Assembly (NCBI RefSeq): GCF_014252315.1
Contig: NZ_CP059216.1
Span: 60,001 to 92,000, forward strand
From: Candidatus Saccharimonadota bacterium
GTDB lineage: Bacteria; Bacteroidota; Bacteroidia; Flavobacteriales; Blattabacteriaceae
Length of the DNA: 32,000 nt
Direction: 5' to 3'
Positions within the stretch are counted from its first letter, which is position 1. Each line of letters starts with the position of its first letter. The notes under the pieces were generated by a model. That model was given only the letters and a program-made list of their open reading frames with translations. It had not been told where the DNA came from and ran no database searches. Below are positions 27,038 to 32,000 of the stretch, piece by piece. The position numbers and the translations under genes were made by a program.

Positions 27038-27757
27038 ATGAATATAGCAATAATAGGTTACGGAAAAATGGGTAAAACTATAGAAAGATTAGCTAAAAAT
27101 AGAGGTCATAAAATATCATTATGTTATGATAAAACACCTCATCCATATTTATTAAAAAATTTGGATGTTGCAATAGAATTTAGTCAACCTAGTTGTGCAT
27201 TTAACAATGTTAAAATTTGTATAGAAAATAAAATACCAGTTGTATGTGGTACTACAGGATGGTTAGATAAAATTAATATTATTAGAAATTTTTGTATAGA
27301 AAAAAATGGATCATTTTTATATTCTTCTAATTTTAGTATTGGAGTAAATATATTTTTAGCAATTAATAATAAATTATCAAAATTATTAAGTCCATATTCA
27401 AAAGAATATCATGTAGATATAAAAGAAATACACCATAAAGATAAATTAGATAAACCCAGTGGAACTGCAGTATCTTTAGCTAAAGAAATAATTAATAATA
27501 ATGTAAAAAAAAAATGGATTTTGAATGAAAATAAAAGTGATAAAAAAAATAAAGAAAATTTATTAATAATTCATTCTAAAAGAATTAATAATGTAATAGG
27601 TAAACATTCAGTAACATATAAATCTAATATGGAAAAAATATTGCTTCAACATGAAGCATATGATAGAGATATATTCGCTATTGGATCTATTATTGCCGCT
27701 GAATGGATTTTGAATAAAAAAGGATTCTACTCAATGCAAGATGTTTTAGATATATAA
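27038..27757 (+). CDS. dapB: 4-hydroxy-tetrahydrodipicolinate reductase
   Basis: N-terminus IAIIGYGKMG, plus GTTGW and EIHHKDKLDKPSGTA. I prefer the ATG at 27038 to the TTG at 27032 given in the ORF track. Confidence 0.85.
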   Translation: MNIAIIGYGKMGKTIERLAKNRGHKISLCYDKTPHPYLLKNLDVAIEFSQPSCAFNNVKICIENKIPVVCGTTGWLDKINIIRNFCIEKNGSFLYSSNFSIGVNIFLAINNKLSKLLSPYSKEYHVDIKEIHHKDKLDKPSGTAVSLAKEIINNNVKKKWILNENKSDKKNKENLLIIHSKRINNVIGKHSVTYKSNMEKILLQHEAYDRDIFAIGSIIAAEWILNKKGFYSMQDVLDI

Positions 27758-27763
27758 ACTTTT

Positions 27764-27791
27764 TTCATTATTCATTATTCATTATTCATTA
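27764..27791. repeat. Perfect tandem heptanucleotide repeat (TTCATTA) x4, followed by a partial fifth unit
   Basis: Read directly from the sequence at 27764-27770, 27771-27777, 27778-27784 and 27785-27791. It lies between the dapB stop (27757) and the lepB start (27801). Confidence 0.95.
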
Positions 27792-27800
27792 TTAGTTATT

Positions 27801-29162
27801 ATGTTACAATATATTATTTTTAGTATTATATTTTTATTAATTGAAAATATCATTCATATATTGATAACTTTTAATTTATATAAAAAATATGGATTTACTT
27901 ATTATCAATTTATTATTCCTTTTTATAACATATTTATTTTATTAAAAACTTATAATAAATCTATTTGTTTTTTATTTCTTTTACTTAATCCATTTACTAG
28001 TATAATTCTATATTTTTATTTATGGATAAATATGGTTCATTCTTTTTTAGGAAAAAAAATATATATAATATTTGTATTATTTTACATTTTGTATTTTAAT
28101 TTTATAAAAAAAAATATTAAAATTCAAAATGAAATAAATAATAATAATCAAGATACTTTATTAGTATTAATTATATCATTTATAATACATACTTATGGAT
28201 TTCAACCATTTGTTATCCCAACATCATCTATGGAAAAAACTTTATTAGTAGGAGATTTTATTTTAGTTAGTAAAATTCACTATGGACTAAGATTTCCTAT
28301 ATCTCCAATTTCAATTCCATTTTTTCATAATACTCTATTTAATATTACAAAATCATATTTACCATTAAAATGGCCTTATTTTCGTTATAATTTTTTTATA
28401 AATAATATAAAAAGAAATGATATTGTTGTTTTTAATTTTCCTATGGATAATAATCATTATATAATAGATAAAAAAGATCATTATATAAAAAGATGTGTAG
28501 GAATTCCTGGAGACACAATTTTTATAAAAAAAGGAAATGTTTTTATAAATGGTAAAAAAGAAAAATTTTTATTAAAAAAACAATATTCCTATCTAATTAA
28601 AACTATATATAATCCATTAGATATAAATTTTTTAAAAAACAATATGGACATTGAAGATATAGAATATTTAGGAAATAATAATAATGAATATTTATATCAA
28701 ATAATGTTAAATGAACAAAATGCAGAACGTATCAAAAATATATTTGAAAATATAATTTATATAAAAAAAAATATTGTTATTGAAAATAATTTTTCAATTT
28801 TAAAAAAATATGGAAAATCATGGAATGTAGATTTTTTTGGTCCATTATATATTCCTAAAAAAGGAGATTTAATTGAAATAAATCATTATAATAATTTATT
28901 TATAAAAAAAATTTTTCCATATGAAAAAAAATTTATAAAGTTTAAATTAAAAACATTTATCAAAATAAATAATAATTATTATTTTATGATGGGAGATAAT
29001 AGACATAATTCTTATGATTCTCGTTTTTGGGGGTTAGTTCCAGAAACTCATATAGTAGGTAAACCATTATTTGTATGGATGAGTATAGATTGGAACAGAA
29101 AATATCCTATTAATATAATAGATTGGAAAATACGTTGGTATCATATATTCTATATGATATAA
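27801..29162 (+). CDS. lepB: Signal peptidase I (S26 family), long Bacteroidota-type form with a multi-TM N-terminal module
   Basis: Catalytic Ser box IPTSSMEKTLLVGDF, Lys box YIKRCVGIPGD and GDNRHNSYDSRFWG. The N-terminal ~130 aa resembles the small-membrane-protein module fused to LepB in Flavobacteriia. Confidence 0.85.
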   Translation: MLQYIIFSIIFLLIENIIHILITFNLYKKYGFTYYQFIIPFYNIFILLKTYNKSICFLFLLLNPFTSIILYFYLWINMVHSFLGKKIYIIFVLFYILYFNFIKKNIKIQNEINNNNQDTLLVLIISFIIHTYGFQPFVIPTSSMEKTLLVGDFILVSKIHYGLRFPISPISIPFFHNTLFNITKSYLPLKWPYFRYNFFINNIKRNDIVVFNFPMDNNHYIIDKKDHYIKRCVGIPGDTIFIKKGNVFINGKKEKFLLKKQYSYLIKTIYNPLDINFLKNNMDIEDIEYLGNNNNEYLYQIMLNEQNAERIKNIFENIIYIKKNIVIENNFSILKKYGKSWNVDFFGPLYIPKKGDLIEINHYNNLFIKKIFPYEKKFIKFKLKTFIKINNNYYFMMGDNRHNSYDSRFWGLVPETHIVGKPLFVWMSIDWNRKYPINIIDWKIRWYHIFYMI

Positions 29163-29166
29163 TAAA

Positions 29167-29871
29167 TTATATTTTTTTATTTTTAAAAATATATCCAATT
29201 AAATATCCTGAAGTAATTCCTCCAATATGTGCAAAATGAGCTATTCCAGGTGAAAAATTAAAAATTGATGATAAAAAACTTCCAAAAATAAATATCATTA
29301 TTGCCTTTCTAACTTTAATTGGAAATGGAAATGGTAATATAAATATTTTATGTTCAGGAAAAAATTTAGCAAAAGCACCTAATACACCACTAATAGCTCC
29401 TGAAGCCCCCATAATAGGAGAATATATAAAATTATAAATACTTAATCTTTGATCTTCATTTAAATAATATAATATTTTATTTACTATTGTAAATTCTGAA
29501 GAATTCATAAAATAGAATATTGCTCCAGTATTAAATGATATTTGAAACAATGCAGCAAATAATCCTGAAATAAAATATAACATGATAAATTTTTTAAATC
29601 CTAATAATGTTTCCATTTGACATCCAAACATAAGTAATGCTACCATATTAAAAATTATATGAAAAAAAATATTTTTAGAATGAACAAACATATGAGTAAA
29701 AATCTGAAATATTTTAAATTTTTCATCTAAAGGATTATATAAAGAAAATATATCTTCTATTTTATATTGGGAAAATACAAATATCGCTGTATACATTAGT
29801 ATGTTTACACTTAAAATGTGTTTTACAGCATCAGAATTAAAATAGGAATTAAAGTTTGTATAAAGGTTCAC
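29167..29871 (-). CDS. Rhomboid family intramembrane serine protease
   Basis: TM2 motif HSKNIFFHIIFNM (HxxxN), catalytic GASGAISGVLGA (GxSG) and the His in AHIGGITSG. Length is 234 aa with a polytopic topology. Confidence 0.8.
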   Translation of the reverse strand: MNLYTNFNSYFNSDAVKHILSVNILMYTAIFVFSQYKIEDIFSLYNPLDEKFKIFQIFTHMFVHSKNIFFHIIFNMVALLMFGCQMETLLGFKKFIMLYFISGLFAALFQISFNTGAIFYFMNSSEFTIVNKILYYLNEDQRLSIYNFIYSPIMGASGAISGVLGAFAKFFPEHKIFILPFPFPIKVRKAIMIFIFGSFLSSIFNFSPGIAHFAHIGGITSGYLIGYIFKNKKI

Positions 29872-29873
29872 TA

Positions 29874-31598
29874 TTAAAAAAATTTTTTGAAAAAATCTTT
29901 ATTTAGTATAATAAATGTAGGTTTATTTAAATAATAAGTATTTGGATTTTTACAAGAAAAAAGATCTATAACTAAATGTTTCATTTGAAATGGATATAAT
30001 TTTATTCCATATTTTTTAATATATGAAAAATGAAATATAGTATTTATAATTATATTATTAATATTATTTTCTTTTTTTTTTAAAAATTTATATTTTAATA
30101 ATATATATTTAATAATTTTAATAGATATACATTTTTTTATTTTATCTGGAATTGAATATAAGTATATAAAATTTTTTTCAATATTTATATTAAATCCTAA
30201 TTTTTTAAAATTTTTTTTTATAAAAACAAAATTTTTTTTTATTATTCCTATTTTTATAGGAGGAATAATTTTTTTTTCTTTTATATTTTTACTATAAAAA
30301 TATTCTAATAATATATTTCTATATGCTCTATATTGATCTATTAATAATATTCCTATATTGTTTACAACAATAATATATTTTTCATCTACTTGAAAAATAT
30401 TTTTCCATTTATCACAATTAATTTCATTTATAATATTATTATAATTATTATATTCTTGTTTATTTATTAAATTTTTTAATAAATTTTCTAATTTAATTAT
30501 TTTGTTCTTATCTTTATTTTCTACATTATTATTTGAATAATTAATAATATCATCATAATCTTTATAGTGAGAAATACCTTTATTAACATATTTGTTATTT
30601 ATTATATCAATATTAAACAAAATATTTTTAATACTATTATATATTATATATCCTATATATTTTTCATTTTCTATTTGAACTTCTTTTTTTGATGGATGAA
30701 TATTCCAATTGATTAAATTAGAATTTATATTAATAAAAATAAAATATGAAATTGTTTTTAAATTTCTTAAAATTCCATTATAAGCATTTATAATTTTTTT
30801 ATGTAAAAAATTATTTTTTACGTTTCTTTTGTTTACTAATATTAATTGATTACCTTTTTTTGTTATTTTATTATTAGGAATACTAATAAATCCTTCTATA
30901 AGAAATTTGTCTTTTTTAATTGAAATAAATTTAAATTTATATTTTTTCAATTGAAAAATATCGTAAATTCTTTTTTTTAAAGAATTTATTTTTTTATCAA
31001 AAATAAAAATAATTTTATCATTATGATAAAAACGGTATGTAATATCTCTATGCGCCAATACAATATTATAAAATTCATTAATTATATATGAGAATTCTAT
31101 TTTAGAAGATTTTAAAAATATTTTTCTAGAAGGAAAATTGTAAAAAATATTTTTTACAGAAATTCTCGTTCCTTTTATCATATCTATTGGAATTTCTTTT
31201 TTTATTTTTCCATCTTCTACAAGAAGATAAATTCCTAATTCACTATATTTATCTTTAGTTTGTATTTCCAATTGAGAAACTAAAGATATAGAAAATAAAG
31301 CTTCACCTCTAAATCCTTTTGTATCTATTTTTTGTAAATCACTTACTGATTTTATTTTAGAAGTTGCATATCTTTTTATACTTATTTTAGCATCATTAAC
31401 ACTCATACCATCACCATCATCTACTAATTGAATTAGATTTTTTCCGGAATTATTAATGAAAATATCAATTTTTTTTGCATTAGCATCTATTGAATTTTCT
31501 AAAAGTTCTCTTAAAACAGAAGAAGGTCTTTGTATTGTTTCTCCTGCTGCTATTTGATTAATTATATATTTAGGTAAAATTTTAATTACATTTTCCAT
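29874..31598 (-). CDS. mutL: DNA mismatch repair protein MutL (conserved GHKL ATPase N-domain; strongly degenerate C-terminal domain)
   Basis: N-terminus QIAAGETIQRPSSVLRELLENSIDA, DDGDGM, GFRGEAL and KGTRISVKNIFYNFPSRKIFLKS. The C-terminal half is low in complexity. Confidence 0.85.
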   Translation of the reverse strand: MENVIKILPKYIINQIAAGETIQRPSSVLRELLENSIDANAKKIDIFINNSGKNLIQLVDDGDGMSVNDAKISIKRYATSKIKSVSDLQKIDTKGFRGEALFSISLVSQLEIQTKDKYSELGIYLLVEDGKIKKEIPIDMIKGTRISVKNIFYNFPSRKIFLKSSKIEFSYIINEFYNIVLAHRDITYRFYHNDKIIFIFDKKINSLKKRIYDIFQLKKYKFKFISIKKDKFLIEGFISIPNNKITKKGNQLILVNKRNVKNNFLHKKIINAYNGILRNLKTISYFIFININSNLINWNIHPSKKEVQIENEKYIGYIIYNSIKNILFNIDIINNKYVNKGISHYKDYDDIINYSNNNVENKDKNKIIKLENLLKNLINKQEYNNYNNIINEINCDKWKNIFQVDEKYIIVVNNIGILLIDQYRAYRNILLEYFYSKNIKEKKIIPPIKIGIIKKNFVFIKKNFKKLGFNINIEKNFIYLYSIPDKIKKCISIKIIKYILLKYKFLKKKENNINNIIINTIFHFSYIKKYGIKLYPFQMKHLVIDLFSCKNPNTYYLNKPTFIILNKDFFKKFF

Positions 31599-32000
31599 TC
31601 TGTAATAGATCTTTTAAATAAAGACATATATATTGCAGCTTTTGCACATTCTATTCCTTTGTTTCCAACTTTTCCACCAGATCTATCAATAGATTGTTGT
31701 TTATTTTTATCTGTTAAAACACAAAATATAATAGGAATATTATATTTAATATTTATATCTTTTATTCCTTGTGATATTGATTGACATAAATATTTAAAAT
31801 GAAAAGTCTCTCCTTTAATTAGAGATCCTATTACAATTATAGAATCAAAAATATAAAGACGAGCTATTTCTTTAGAAGAAAAAATTAATTCGTAACTACC
31901 AGGAACTTTCCATGTTTTTATAAAATCTTTTTTAATTCCAAAATTAATTAAAGTATAATAAGCTCCTTTATATAATCTATTAGTAATTAATTTATTCCAT
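31586..32000 (-). CDS. ribH: 6,7-dimethyl-8-ribityllumazine synthase, C-terminal about 137 codons. The 5' end lies beyond the window.
   Basis: Manual minus-strand translation gives ...WKVPGSYELIFSSKEIA...DSIIVIGSLIKGETFHFKYLCQSISQGI...IPIIFCVLTD...GGKVGNKGIECAKAAIYM...TEWKM*. The stop TAA is at 31588-31586, overlapping the mutL start by 13 nt. This ORF is not in the supplied track because its start is outside the window. Confidence 0.8.
   Translation of the reverse strand, partial: WNKLITNRLYKGAYYTLINFGIKKDFIKTWKVPGSYELIFSSKEIARLYIFDSIIVIGSLIKGETFHFKYLCQSISQGIKDINIKYNIPIIFCVLTDKNKQQSIDRSGGKVGNKGIECAKAAIYMSLFKRSITEWKM

Noticed and set aside
27801-28200. Unusually long, multi-TM N-terminal extension of signal peptidase I, considered as a possible gene fusion or novel domain
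   Set aside because: Flavobacteriia LepB proteins typically carry this N-terminal small-membrane-protein-like module, with an (F/W)xLYxK...IPxYN pattern that is recognisable here as FNLYKKYG...IIPFYN. It is lineage-typical and not novel.
1-32000. Possible alternative genetic code (TGA read as Trp), as in some tiny symbiont genomes
   Set aside because: TGA terminates well-conserved genes at their expected ends: nadE at 8140-8142, mnmA at 20676-20678, and the ATGA junctions of actD and ilvD. Trp positions use TGG. The standard bacterial code fits everywhere.
1-32000. Search for CRISPR arrays, IS elements or transposases, integrases, toxin-antitoxin or other defence or accessory modules
   Set aside because: Every ORF longer than 100 aa that is not a shadow ORF has a clear housekeeping assignment. 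Spacers are at most 183 bp. No repeat-spacer periodicity or terminal inverted repeats were seen. There is no room for a hidden multi-gene system.

Overview
The window is extremely AT-rich (by eye about one fifth to one quarter G+C) and almost entirely coding. It looks like a reduced-genome Flavobacteriia (Bacteroidota) insect endosymbiont, probably Blattabacterium-like. That inference rests on gene content: alternative complex III, trkAH, nadE, folE, a full ilv cluster, a split Bacteroidota-type atp operon and a long Bacteroidota-type LepB. I cannot confirm it without a database search.

Gene order:
- + strand: actB' (3' part), actC, actD, actE, actF
- - strand: trkA, trkH, tsaB
- + strand: nadE, folE, cysS
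- - strand: PLP trans-sulfuration enzyme
- + strand: atpB-E-F-H-A-G, trpS, grpE, dnaJ, mnmA, ilvD-B-N-C-A
- - strand: tRNA-Leu(GAG)
- + strand: dapB, lepB
- - strand: rhomboid protease, mutL, ribH' (5' end lies beyond the window)

The standard code applies: TGA is used as a stop and TGG encodes Trp. No Shine-Dalgarno-like motifs precede the start codons, which fits Bacteroidota. Spacers are very short, and there are 4-nt ATGA overlaps at actD/actE and ilvD/ilvB and a 13-nt overlap at ribH/mutL.

I see no CRISPR array, mobile element, defence island, prophage or orphan multi-gene cluster. I find no support for a novel multi-gene system here; this is core housekeeping and nutrient-provisioning DNA.

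The observations most worth following up are at residue level:
1. MutL has an intact ATPase domain, but every endonuclease and Zn-ligand motif in its C-terminal domain is substituted.
2. DnaJ keeps only two of the four CxxCxGxG motifs, so zinc centre I appears lost.
3. The acetolactate synthase small subunit is a minimal ACT-only protein with Arg in place of the conserved effector-loop Gly. This suggests feedback-insensitive branched-chain amino acid synthesis.

Lesser points: very long homopolymers inside atpG and actE, a (TTCATTA)4 microsatellite in front of lepB, a long AU hairpin between nadE and folE, Bacteroidota-type -7 boxes in four spacers, and a TTG start for ilvA.
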